Both the position numbers and the translations under genes were made by a program. A DNA stretch of 64,000 nt from Eledone cirrhosa (lineage: Eukaryota), in contig OZ024740.1 in NCBI GenBank assembly GCA_964016885.1, positions 247,566,001-247,630,000 of the forward strand. Direction: 5' to 3'. The notes below the pieces were generated by a model. It made no database searches. It was not told the origin of the DNA and saw nothing but the letters and a program-made list of their open reading frames with translations. This document shows positions 12,805 through 25,504 of the stretch, one piece after another (the first letter of the stretch is position 1; each line of letters opens with the position of its first letter).

Positions 12805-12880
12805 CTGGTACTTTATTTTATCGACCACGTAAGGATGAAAGGCAAAGTTAACCTCGGCGGGATTTGATCTCAGAATGGTA
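12805..12880 (-). mobile_element. tRNA-derived SINE remnant (Nin/Deu-domain-like core); related copies near 13200-13270, 13730-13860, 46280, 62200-62310
   Basis: Recurrent motif GTTCAAATYCCGCCGAGGTYRACTTTGCCTTTCATCC..GGTCGATAAA..AGTACC with a B-box-like GTTCAAAT. Family name is from recall. Confidence 0.6.
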
Positions 12881-15800
12881 AGGGCCGTAACTCTATGCGT
12901 CAAAGCATGGCCTCCGACCCTCAACCGATACTGCCAATCCACCTTAGAAAAAATAATGTGTGTATCAGTGTGTGTGTGTGTCTATGTATGTCTCTAATGT
13001 ATGTATGTGTGTATGTGTGTATGTGTGTGTGTGTGTGTGTGCGTATGTGTGTGCACGTATGTATATATGTATGAATGTATGAGTGTGTTCTAAAACGAAA
13101 TAATATACCTAAATAAAATATTTTGACACTCAATGTTACAGTTAAGTAATACAGTGTAAGTGACACTATCATGATCTTATGAACTAGTAACACCAGTAGT
13201 TTGTTCAAATCCACCGCGTTCGACTTTGCCTGCCATCCTTCTGAGCTTGATAAAACAAGTACCATTCAAGTACTGTGAAAGATTACATTGACTATAGTCT
13301 TCACCTCAATTTGTGACCATGTCATTATGATATTTTGTTTAGCATTTAGAGCGTCACATGACCATATGCTGAAATTTAGATTATCTTGTGTGACATTTAA
13401 ACAATATTCTTTTGCGTTATTCCAATGGTCCTTAATATTTATCTCGACACCTAAAATGTAGTAAGCCGACTCAATATAAACACATGATAGTTATCAAATA
13501 GGTATATGAAATTTAGAAATCTTTCTTCCCCAAATATCCACACAGAATCACTACATTACCTCTTATCTATAGGGCCCTCTTTAGTGAGAGAAACAATATG
13601 ACAGCAGTATTCCAACAGGTGTGTCACTTTACCTGTAGTCAAAAGACTACGGTTTAACGGGTAATTGGAGCTACTCTTCTGTTAGAACATACTCACAGTC
13701 GTTTGAATGGACCACACAATATGATTCATGTATTTTACTTTACTGATTCCGAAAAGATGAAAGGTAAAATAACCTCGGCGGAATTTGACCTCAGAATGTA
13801 AAGACCCGGAGCAGATTCTGCAGAATATTTTCTCCAGTGCTGTAACGATTCCGCCATTTCATCACCCCTGGCTGGTCTCGAATATTAAAATCACGGCATT
13901 TATGTATTAGTAGTAATTTGCCTAAACCTGTATATGCTGAGTTACCTCTCAAATTCAAGAGGCCTTAAGTAAAGAATCAATTATAAAGGGATAAACGGGT
14001 AGTGAACATAAAAATATGTTCAGTTAGCCTTGTCTTCAGTTCCTGCTCCAGGTCCTGATCACAAACTACATCGTGTTTAACAGCCCATCAAATTATTAAA
14101 CTAATCCAGTTCAGATAAAAATTAAACGGAGTAACACATTCACCATTCTATCTGTGGAGACCATGAAACAACAATATGATTACATCTTATGTTACTATCT
14201 TAGCTGTGTAAAATATCGTAATAGTCCGAAGAAGTCTTGATGTGGCTGGCTTCCCAACACAACTGGAGCCATCTGGCTTCGATCCTGACGATGATAAACG
14301 CCCAGACGAGATAACTCTTTCCATTCGAGATGCAAATCCCTAATCTTGGATGTCACGTGCTGTGACTCGTTCTCCGCCTCCAATCTTGTTGCTTCAGCTG
14401 CAAACCCAGGTACTGCCGCCCAAAGTGCAGAAGATAGGAACATTGCCAAATACCAGATTAACACTACCATATGATCTTTGGATGCCTTTCGTGAAAGCCG
14501 GTCAATCGCAAGCATTTGTGTCAGATCTCCGGTTTTAACTGAACTTCCTTACTTCTTCCCATCGGTCTCAGGATCCCTTATAAATCATAGTTATAGGCGC
14601 TACCGTTCCTTCGTGAAAAAAGAAGTTGTTACAGTTGATTACTGAACAAATGATGGGAAATTCGTTAATTTATAATATTAGGTTCATATCTTCACACAAG
14701 CAAAATTCGTAAAAGACTGGCGTTCTATTAACAAAGAAGAGTCTCTACACTAGATGATTTTAAACCAAAGACCTGCTCCAAATGCTTAAGGTGTCCAAGG
14801 CCTAGGTGGGAGATATGAAACAGGTCGACAGGTTAAGTCTACCAAACAAAGGCCTCGTTATATCTGTCTATACTAATTTAACCATTTCCCTAATTATTGT
14901 TGCCCAGAAGAAAATATGACATGCTTATAACCTGTATGGTCTTTGATCATAAGTTTGTTTGCTCTATCAGGGGTGACCGAGAGATAAACAGCAACATCAG
15001 CAACAACATAACGGTATTTAGTTCATTCCATGGCTATTACGGAAAACATAACTGCCATAAATGACGTAGATTTCTTTCATAGGTTTGTCTACTCTTTGAA
15101 AGATGACCTAGGACGAAACAACAGCTAAAAGTTCATAATTTCTCAATTTGATACTCCTGCATGGTCATTGATGATAGAATTAAGCAATTATTTGACATAT
15201 AGTGACTTGACTTTTGCCACTTTATTATTCATTGGGAGCGGGTGTAATTTGTGTTACTGTTAGTCTATGTCTGTAATGATTAGCATACATGAATATGAGT
15301 GTATGGAATTGATAAGAACAACATAGTTTTTATCGATTTAGTCTGGAGAAAAGGCGATGCTTACGACCCTTTTCAGGACCCTCGAGATAGGTGAGAGTGG
15401 GGAAAAGTATCCTCAATGTGGAGACCAAGTTCGATTGTTCGAAAACAGAGTGAACTCTCCACTAAAAGCACCCAAGGGCCATGTAGTAGAGTGAAATTGG
15501 GGACCGGTTAAGTCTACAACTCTTTTCTTCAATTAATATCCCTCCCCTGCCATTTAATCATCCAAACATTTTGTAATATTCTAATGTTCTCGGAAAAAGC
15601 TATCAGATCCTTCCCTTTGTTACCCAACAAAACTCCGATTACATTGCAACTTAGTGAGCATGATGAAGCAGTATATCCTCTTCTAGACTATTGAAAACTC
15701 TCTTGTGCTAATACACAAGAGATGAACTCTACCATTTTAACCTGTCCAATTAGACGAAGTCCAATGAAATGAATACAAATAATACAGCAGTGGTTTCAGG

Positions 15801-16087
15801 TCAAAAGAGAACTATTCTGTAATAAGCGAGGTAGCCATATTAGCTATTCACTATTATTATTTTCTTGTAATTTTCTACCATGCATTATATAAACAGTAGC
15901 GTCGTTAGTTTTGCTTTCCGAACAAGCCAATCACCGTTTCACTGCGTTTCCGCCATCGCAAATTCACTAAGGTGCGTTTATGTAATGTTGGAGAGAATAA
16001 AGAATACAAGGAATTGACTTTCGGCGAATTGGATCTTCTCAACGCAGGGTATATTTTCTGCCGATATACACATACGTATATATATAC

Positions 16088-16131
<44 letters not shown>

Positions 16132-16133
<2 letters not shown>

Positions 16134-18178
16134 GCAACACCAACAGCAAATTACAGAAAGATATAAAAAAACTACTGGACGACCTTAAAAACACCAAAGG
16201 AATTGTAGTAAAAGCGGACAAAACATCAAACCTGTACACTATGGATTGCACTACATACAACAACTTCATTCGAAAAGAATTACATAAAAAATATAGAAAA
16301 ACGAGTGAAGTAACCCTTAAGCACATCAATGATGAGGCATGCGAAATAGTGAAAAATCTCGGAATTGAAGATAGGACAGGACCACTCTTACCGGCGGTAC
16401 CCACCTTCAATCTTAAGGACCACAAGGTAAACTTTGATAATGACCCTAAAATTAGATTAATCTGCCCCTCTAAATCAGATATAGGTAAAATAAGCAAATA
16501 TATCTTAGATAGAATCATCCCCCAAATTAAGGCTAAGGTTAACATTAAACTCTGGGGGAAGACCCAAGAAGCAATAAGATGGTTTAATAGCATTAGCAAT
16601 AAGAATAAATCTAAGTTTATCCAGTTTGATATCGATGAATATTACTCATCGATATCACCTGAAACTTTGAATAGAGCCATTAAGTTTGCTAAGGATAACT
16701 CTGACCTTACAAACGATGAAATTAAGATTATATTAGAAGCTAGGAAAACTATAGTCAAATTTGAGAACAGTTATTGGGTACGTAAAGATAGACCCTCTAA
16801 CTTTGACATAACAATGGGCTCTAACGATTCGGCGGAAATAACTGATATTGTGGGGTTATTTATCGCCTTTAGACTCCAGGAAACATTCAGCAATCTCCAC
16901 GGCGGAATATACCGCGACGATGTTCTCCTCCTAGCTAAAAACCTTAATAACCAAAAACTAGAAAAACTACGCAAAGATATAAGAAAACTACTACTCGAAA
17001 TAGGACTAACTATAACATATGAATACAACCTTAAAGTAGTTAACTTCCTGGACGTCACACTCAATTTAAACTCTGGTTTGATTAAACCGTTTCATAAATT
17101 GAATGAAAATCTCAAATACGTAAATGTTGGGTCTAACCACCCCATCTCTATAATTAAATCTATCCCTAAAAATATTTCCCTTAGAATCTCGGGTCTATCT
17201 TCTAACATACAAGTATTTAAGGAACACGCCGAGTACTACGATAACGCCCTTAGTAAAGCAGGCTACCTCAACAAAATAGAGTACATAGATGGGAACAATC
17301 AAAACACCCAAAATAAATCCCACATAGGTAGATATAATAACACAACACCAAACCACACTTACTACCATAGTATGCACACCAGTAAACCAACAAACAAAAC
17401 TAATAGAAAGCGATGCAAAGAGTACTTATGGTATAACCCCGAATACAATAGCTCCATTAGTACAAATTTACCAGTACTCTTCTTTAAAATAATTAAAAGA
17501 CATTTTCCCACATCACACAAATACCACAAAATCCTAAACCCTACCACTATAAGACTGTCATACTCTACAGCGTTAAACCTTGAACAACACATAAAATAGA
17601 TCAATACTAGAAGGTTAAACGAAAACACTAAGAACTTAAGTACAAAGAACCCCAAAAAAACAGTAGACAATACACTACAGAACATAAATAAACCACACCT
17701 AAGTTCGTCCGCAATACTACTCCAGAGAAAACCCAACGTACACAACTGTAACTGCACCTATCCTGACAACTGCCCCCTCGGCAATAACTGCCTGGAAAAA
17801 AATATTATTTATAAGTGTACCATTAAATCCGGAGGCAACGAGTGGTATTACGTGGGATCAACGGCAACATCGTTTAAATCTCGATTGTATAGGCATTCTT
17901 ACTCAATAAAACACCAGAGCCAAAGAAATGTAACAACTTTAGCAGAAAAAGCTTGGACGCTCAGGGATAGCAATCAAAAGTTTACCCTAAAATGGGAAAA
18001 ATTAGCTAAAACCCAAAGCTTTTCCAGGAGCCAAAATTTCTGCAAATTGTGTAATCTTGAGATTTATTACATAATCACACACAAGAAGAAACTGCTGAAT
18101 AACAGAATTGAACGAACATTATTCTGCCGTCACAGAACTAAAACCCTTTTTTCCCACTACAAGCAGAATATTACATAA
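16132..18178 (+). pseudogene. 5'-truncated PLE RT + GIY-YIG ORF, in-frame TAG at 17597-17599
   Basis: Near-identical to the copy at 19454-21775. Confidence 0.85.
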
Positions 18179-18505
18179 AAGAGGGACATCCCCCAACTAT
18201 ATAAACCTTAATCTAGTTAGAAAAATATAAAAACAATCTCTTCTCAACATATATTAATAACCTTAAATTACCATACTAATAATGAAAAGATATGCTGATG
18301 AGAATAGGTACAAATATGCGATAATGAATGTGTCTAAAAACGTCCATAAGTATGTATATATATGTGAAAATGTATATAAATAAGTAAATATATATATATG
18401 TTTGATGTGTATAGTTAGATGTAAGTGTATTCATGTATTAAAGTGCTTATATATATATATATGTGTGTGTGTATATGTATATATGTGTATATATGTATGT
18501 GTATG

Positions 18506-18566
<61 letters not shown>

Positions 18567-19132
18567 GTGTGTATGTATGTATGTGTATATGGATGTGTAT
18601 GTATGTGTATGTGTGTACACATGGACTAGAGTGTGTATGTATATATGTGTGTGTCTATACGTGTGTATATATAAAGATAAGTTGAGTACGAAAATGTATA
18701 CACATGAGCGCGTATGTATGTACATGAATACATGTGTGTATATATATGTGTATGCATGTGTATATATATGTAAGTATGAATATGTGAATTGTGAGTATAT
18801 GTATTTTGTAGAGGTGTGCAAATATATTTGTGTGTGAATGCGTGGGTGAAAGAATACGTACACTTGAAAGAAAAATTTAAGTCTGAATGTTAAGTGCAAA
18901 CACAAAACCAACCACGCATATCTTTACTATCTCTAATCCTTCTATAGATTTAGAAAAATAACCAATAATATATTCTATAAAAAATGTCAAAACAACAGAT
19001 GGGAATCTAATTACTCACTGCCACCAAGAATTCTCACTGCTATCGAAAAACCACTCCTTCAACTATTCTTCTAACAACTTCACCCCTCCCTCCTAATATT
19101 CTCTATAAAAACTAAATAGGTCCTCAGTAATA

Positions 19133-19249
19133 TTATTCTGATGAAATGACAGTAAATAATAACATTGAAATATTGAATGTCTGCATAACTAAAAGTTTGT
19201 AGATAGCTGTTTTAGGTTATGTAACTGTTATAGAAACACGTGTCAATAA
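19133..19249 (+). ncRNA. Type I hammerhead ribozyme with ~88-nt extended stem II
   Basis: TTATT-CTGATGA-AATGACAGT...ACTGTTATA-GAAA-CACGTG-TC^AATAA; palindromic stem III ACACGTGT; overlaps AATAAA. Confidence 0.85.
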
Positions 19250-19453
19250 ATTCCTTTCAACTAAACTGTATCCATTCAAATCTTTCTATTTTTCTCCGGA
19301 TTACTTTTGGAACTACAACTGGAACCGTCGAGCAAACTCTACGTGAGCTGATAATCTACTGTGTGTAATATTTATATTACAACACAACGGAAAATACTGT
19401 ATATTTACCTCCTGTAAAGTCGAGCAACCCACACAGCAAACGCAACCACAACA

Positions 19454-21775
19454 ATGGAAAAACACTACCTGGATATGTCACTCAAAAACATACCAACCCA
19501 AGGTAGAAAGGAATATTTATTGAGCATGATTCAAAAAACTAATGAATTCATTCGACGTGTCAGGTGGAAAACGCTCCACTATGATAGAAGCCGTATGAAC
19601 TCAACATTAGAAAGTGGTGTAAACAACAAATTCGGTTTTAGGACTTGTAAAAACCCACCCACCAACCCACTATTAGATGCATTTGAGCAGGACCTTATGA
19701 ACTTAATCCTTAAAATTAAATTCAAAGGACGCAACACCAACAGCAAATTACAGAAAGATATAAAAAAACTACTGGACGACCTTAAAAACACCAAAGGAAT
19801 TGTAGTAAAAGCGGACAAAACATCAAACCTGTACACTATGGATTGCACTACATACAACAACTTCATTCGAAAAGAATTACATAAAAAATATAGAAAAACG
19901 AGTGAAGTAACCCTTAAGCACATCAATGATGAGGCATGCGAAATAGTGAAAAATCTCGGAATTGAAGATAGGACAGGACCACTCTTACCGGCGGTACCCA
20001 CCTTCAATCTTAAGGACCACAAGGTAAACTTTGATAATGACCCTAAAATTAGATTAATCTGCCCCTCTAAATCAGATATAGGTAAAATAAGCAAATATAT
20101 CTTAGATAGAATCATCCCCCAAATTAAGGCTAAGGTTAACATTAAACTCTGGGGGAAGACCCAAGAAGCAATAAGATGGTTTAATAGCATTAGCAATAAG
20201 AATAAATCTAAGTTTATCCAGTTTGATATCGATGAATATTACTCATCGATATCACCTGAAACTTTGAATAGAGCCATTAAGTTTGCTAAGGATAACTCTG
20301 ACCTTACAAACGATGAAATTAAGATTATATTAGAAGCTAGGAAAACTATAGTCAAATTTGAGAACAGTTATTGGGTACGTAAAGATAGACCCTCTAACTT
20401 TGACATAACAATGGGCTCTAACGATTCGGCGGAAATAACTGATATTGTGGGGTTATTTATCGCCTTTAGACTCCAGGAAACATTCAGCAATCTCCACGGC
20501 GGAATATACCGCGACGATGTTCTCCTCCTAGCTAAAAACCTTAATAACCAAAAACTAGAAAAACTACGCAAAGATATAAGAAAACTACTACTCGAAATAG
20601 GACTAACTATAACATATGAATACAACCTTAAAGTAGTTAACTTCCTGGACGTCACACTCAATTTAAACTCTGGTTTGATTAAACCGTTTCATAAATTGAA
20701 TGAAAATCTCAAATACGTAAATGTTGGGTCTAACCACCCCATCTCTATAATTAAATCTATCCCTAAAAATATTTCCCTTAGAATCTCGGGTCTATCTTCT
20801 AACATACAAGTATTTAAGGAACACGCCGAGTACTACGATAACGCCCTTAGTAAAGCAGGCTACCTCAACAAAATAGAGTACATAGATGGGAACAATCAAA
20901 ACACCCAAAATAAATCCCACATAGGTAGATATAATAACACAACACCAAACCACACTTACTACCATAGTATGCACACCAGTAAACCAACAAACAAAACTAA
21001 TAGAAAGCGATGCAAAGAGTACTTATGGTATAACCCCGAATACAATAGCTCCATTAGTACAAATTTACCAGTACTCTTCTTTAAAATAATTAAAAGACAT
21101 TTTCCCACATCACACAAATACCACAAAATCCTAAACCCTACCACTATAAGACTGTCATACTCTACAGCGTTAAACCTTGAACAACACATAAAATAGATCA
21201 ATACTAGAAGGTTAAACGAAAACACTAAGAACTTAAGTACAAAGAACCCCAAAAAAACAGTAGACAATACACTACAGAACATAAATAAACCACACCTAAG
21301 TTCGTCCGCAATACTACTCCAGAGAAAACCCAACGTACACAACTGTAACTGCACCTATCCTGACAACTGCCCCCTCGGCAATAACTGCCGGGAAAAAAAT
21401 ATTATTTATAAGTGTACCATTAAATCCGGAGGCAACGAGTGGTATTACGTGGGATCAACGGCAACATCGTTTAAATCTCGATTGTATAGGCATTCTTACT
21501 CAATAAAACACCAGAGCCAAAGAAATGTAACAACTTTAGCAGAAAAAGCTTGGACGCTCAGGGATAGCAATCAAAAGTTTACCCTAAAATGGGAAAAATT
21601 AGCTAAAACCCAAAGCTTTTCCAGGAGCCAAAATTTCTGCAAATTGTGTAATCTTGAGATTTATTACATAATCACACACAAGAAGAAACTGCTGAATAAC
21701 AGAATTGAACGAACATTATTCTGCCGTCACAGAACTAAAACCCTTTTTTCCCACTACAAGCAGAATATTACATAA
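19454..21775 (+). CDS. PLE polyprotein (RT, CxC linker, C-terminal GIY-YIG) with one in-frame TAG at 21194-21196; resembles the Hydra clade
   Basis: SLKNIP, KADKT, QFDIDEYY, ITMGSNDSAEI, IYRDD, NFLDVTL, SNHP. After the TAG the same frame continues INTRR..HNCNCTYPDNCPLGNNC..IIYKC..YYVGST..FKSR..H..C..C..CRH. Confidence 0.9.
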
Positions 21776-22102
21776 AAGAGGGACATCCCCCAACTATATA
21801 AACCTTAATCTAGTTAGAAAAATATAAAAACAATCTCTTCTCAACATATATTAATAACCTTAAATTACCATACTAATAATGAAAAGATATGCTGATGAGA
21901 ATAGGTACAAATATGCGATAATGAATGTGTCTAAAAACGTCCATAAGTATGTATATATATGTGAAAATGTATATAAATAAGTAAATATATATATATGTTT
22001 GATGTGTATAGTTAGATGTAAGTGTATTCATGTATTAAAGTGCTTATATATATATATATGTGTGTGTGTATATGTATATATGTGTATATATGTATGTGTA
22101 TG

Positions 22103-22163
<61 letters not shown>

Positions 22164-22725
22164 GTGTATGTATGTATGTGTATATGGATGTGTATGTATG
22201 TGTATGTGTGTACACATGGACTAGAGTGTGTATGTATATATGTGTGTCTATACGTGTGTATATATAAAGATAAGTTGAGTATGAAAATGTATACACATGA
22301 GCGCGTATGTATGTACATGAATACATGTGTGTATATATATGTGTATGCATGTGTATATATATGTAAGTATGAATATGTGAATTGTGAGTATATGTATTTT
22401 GTAGAGGTGTGCAAATATATTTGTGTGTGAATGCGTGGGTGAAAGAATACGTACACTTGAAAGAAAAATTTAAGTCTGAATGTTAAGTGCAAACACAAAA
22501 CCAACCACGCATATCTTTACTATCTCTAATCCTTCTATAGATTTAGAAAAATAACCAATAATATATTCTATAAAAAATGTCAAAACAACAGATGGGAATC
22601 TAATTACTCACTGCCACCAAGAATTCTCACTGCTATCGAAAAACCACTCCTTCAACTATTCTTCTAACAACTTCACCCCTCCCTCCTAATATTCTCTATA
22701 AAAACTAAATAGGTCCTCAGTAATA

Positions 22726-22842
22726 TTATTCTGATGAAATGACAGTAAATAATAACATTGAAATATTGAATGTCTGCATAACTAAAAGTTTGTAGATAGC
22801 TGTTTTAGGTTATGTAACTGTTATAGAAACACGTGTCAATAA
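22726..22842 (+). ncRNA. Type I hammerhead ribozyme (second tandem copy)
   Basis: Identical to 19133-19249. Confidence 0.85.
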
Positions 22843-22876
22843 ATTCCTTTCAACTAAACTGTATCCATTCAAATCT

Positions 22877-22944
<68 letters not shown>

Positions 22945-22947
<3 letters not shown>

Positions 22948-25491
22948 TAATAGTGTTAATATAAATAATAACAAATCAAAATGTAATTGTAGAAATAAAC
23001 CAGATTGCCCTCTGCAAAATAATTGTCTGGACCGTAAAAACAAATAACAACACATACAACTATATAGGAGCAACTTCTTCGATATTTAAATCGAGATTTT
23101 CGAATCACAAATGCTCATTTTCGAATTTTAATAGGAAGTCCTCGACTTCTTTATCACAACTTATATGGTCATTAAAAGACAAAAATTTAAAATACTCGTT
23201 CTTTTGGACGAAGCTTTGTAATAGTAAAATATATACCAACTCATCCATATCAATTAACTGCAACCTCTGTACAAAGGAGACCAATAGGTCTCATAATTAA
23301 CCAACTCATCCATATCAATTAACTGCAACCTCTGTACAAAGGAGACCAATAGGTTTCATAATTACTAATTATGAAAACTTAATTAACAAAAAAAGTGAAT
23401 TATTCTCAAACTGCCTTCCTAAAGCTTTGTTTACATTCCAAGCCTCGCAAAAAGTCAGGAAAAAACAGTAAACAATCAGGCCTGATTTTTGACGTCTCTT
23501 ATCAACTGTTGGACAAAAAAAGTCATAATGGTTTATAAAACTTTAATAATGCTTTATCTTCTAATCATGTATGATAGAATTAATGTTAGAATGAAGGACA
23601 CTCGTTTGATAACTTGTTTACTTGATAGATATTCATACCTTATGATTTTTTGGATATTTATAATTTTGATTCAGATATGTATTTATCTGTCTCTGTTTTA
23701 AATATATAGTTTGTATTTATCTGTCTCTCTTGTAAATTTACTGATTATAATTGAACTGTGGATCATTCATGCGTTTACATATTTTATTTTATATATTTTA
23801 CTCATTTTGAGTATATTTTGGGGGACCAGTACATTAGATTTGCATTTGTTTTTTATGTATATATAGGTTTAAAAATAACAAACCATATCAGCCGACAAAT
23901 ATTGGTCTATCTCTCCACTGAACTGGAAGTAAAACTACATTTATAGCATTACTAATAATGATTATTATAATTATTTTTATTAAATGTATACCGTTTTATT
24001 AATACCTATAATAATATCTCTATATCTTTATCTAGTGAAATAGTTACATGTATAAATAATTTAGACACTCAAATGACTTTATATTGTTATAAGTGTTTGA
24101 TATTCCCTGGAAGGTCGAACTTATATAATCATTTACTTAATATAATATAATTTAATTTAACTTATTTTATTTTATTTCATTTTAATTAAATTTGGATTAC
24201 CTTCGGCTTTTTCAAATATTTAGCTCCTCTTTATATCACATTCGCTAAAATATTTTAGATATATCTTTTCTACACTATATTAAAACCCTATTGCATTTAT
24301 AATATATATTTTTAATATCGGGCATCTTTAAGTTTCGCAAACAATTCATTTTATTTTATTTTTATATTTATTTTGTATCTAGCCCCTATCATTAGGACTC
24401 ATTTAGTTTTGACTTATATCTTTATAGTATATATCAACTAAATGAAAATAATTTATATAAAACATTAATTCTTTAGCAATATTTTTAACAACATTTTTAA
24501 CTATATATACTTTTGAACAATATTTTCAGTAACGTATTTACTTTATTGCATTATTGCATTATTGTATTATATTACATTATATATATTTGAAAGGTATCAC
24601 CTAAATTATAAACAAATAATAAACTATAATCTTTGTATTCTTTGATTAATACATATATATATAATTAAAAATTTGGACTTATTTATGTTTAGTTATAATG
24701 CCGGTTGATATTTTAGGCACTCAAACTATTTAACAATAAATTCTTTAATAATTATAACTATAATTATTTTAGAAATTATATTATATAAACTGTTGTCAAT
24801 ATTATAAATAATTTTGGTAAAGATTACCTTCGTGAAGTTATAAAAGCATTATAGATATTTTCTTTCTCGTGTTTCGTAAATCCTTTAAATTTGTTTTCAT
24901 AAAATTTTAATTTTAGAAATTAAACATAATTATATTATAATATTAATACAAATACCTATTAACCTTTAAAACCTAAAATATTATTCAGTACCCTGAAATA
25001 ACTTAAATTAAATATTTTGAAAATTAACCGCCAACTATATTATTTTGGACATGTGTTGCTTATATGGAGATCTGTGTATATAAACTTGAATTTAAATTAC
25101 TCGCCTTTGTCTCTCTCTCTCTTTGATCATCTTTCATCTGTTTTTTCAGGCCACCTACTAAATGTATTATCACATCGGCTGTTTCTTCCTCTATGCTTTC
25201 CTTTCCCTCCTCTTACTCCAGTAGTTTTTTAAAATTAAAAAAATGTTTATAACTGTTATATTGATGCCATATATTTCTTAAACTCTATTACACGCACCCT
25301 CTCTATTGTTTGTATTATATTATCTCATGTTCTCAATATTAGGGTATACATCTTAACCATCTACTATGTCATGTATCATTTTATTTTATCTGATGAGGAC
25401 GTACTGTTGAACTTAATTCAGTACCTCTGAAATATGTATAATAAAATATAATTGATCACAAGAATATCTATTTTGTTAATATTTTGAATTA
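22945..25491 (+). mobile_element. 5'-truncated degenerate PLE (CxC + GIY-YIG remnant, ~2 kb AT-rich tail, HHR)
   Basis: Reads KSKCNCRNKPDCPLQNNC..YIGATSSIFKSRF. Internal ~65-bp tandem duplication near 23236-23365. Related to 7866-9787. Confidence 0.8.
25382..25448 (+). ncRNA. Type I hammerhead ribozyme
   Basis: TATTTTAT-CTGATGA-GGACGTACTG..CAGTACCTCT-GAAA-TATGTA-TA^ATAAAATA. Confidence 0.88.
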
Positions 25492-25504
25492 ATATATATA
25501 TATA

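Larger units (their letters stand above)
16132..22881 (+). mobile_element. Partial-tandem PLE: 5'-truncated copy (16132-19288) plus full unit (19289-22881), period ~3.6 kb, inserted in (TA)n
   Basis: Near-identical direct repeat (offset 3597, falling to 3593 after an internal microsatellite). (TA)n on both sides; HHR near the end of each unit. Confidence 0.93.

Noticed and set aside
18290-18380. CTGATGA after the PLE stop codon (also ~21892)
   Set aside because: No stem II/GAAA/stem I arrangement could be built.
18402-18911. [12 protein letters not shown] ORFs here and throughout (e.g. 22000-22500, 28680-29140, 57000-57240, 59076-59553)
   Set aside because: Translations of TA/CA/TG microsatellites, not proteins.
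21194-21196. Selenocysteine recoding as in Naiad PLEs
   Set aside because: The stop is TAG, not TGA; no SECIS seen; the endonuclease is C-terminal.
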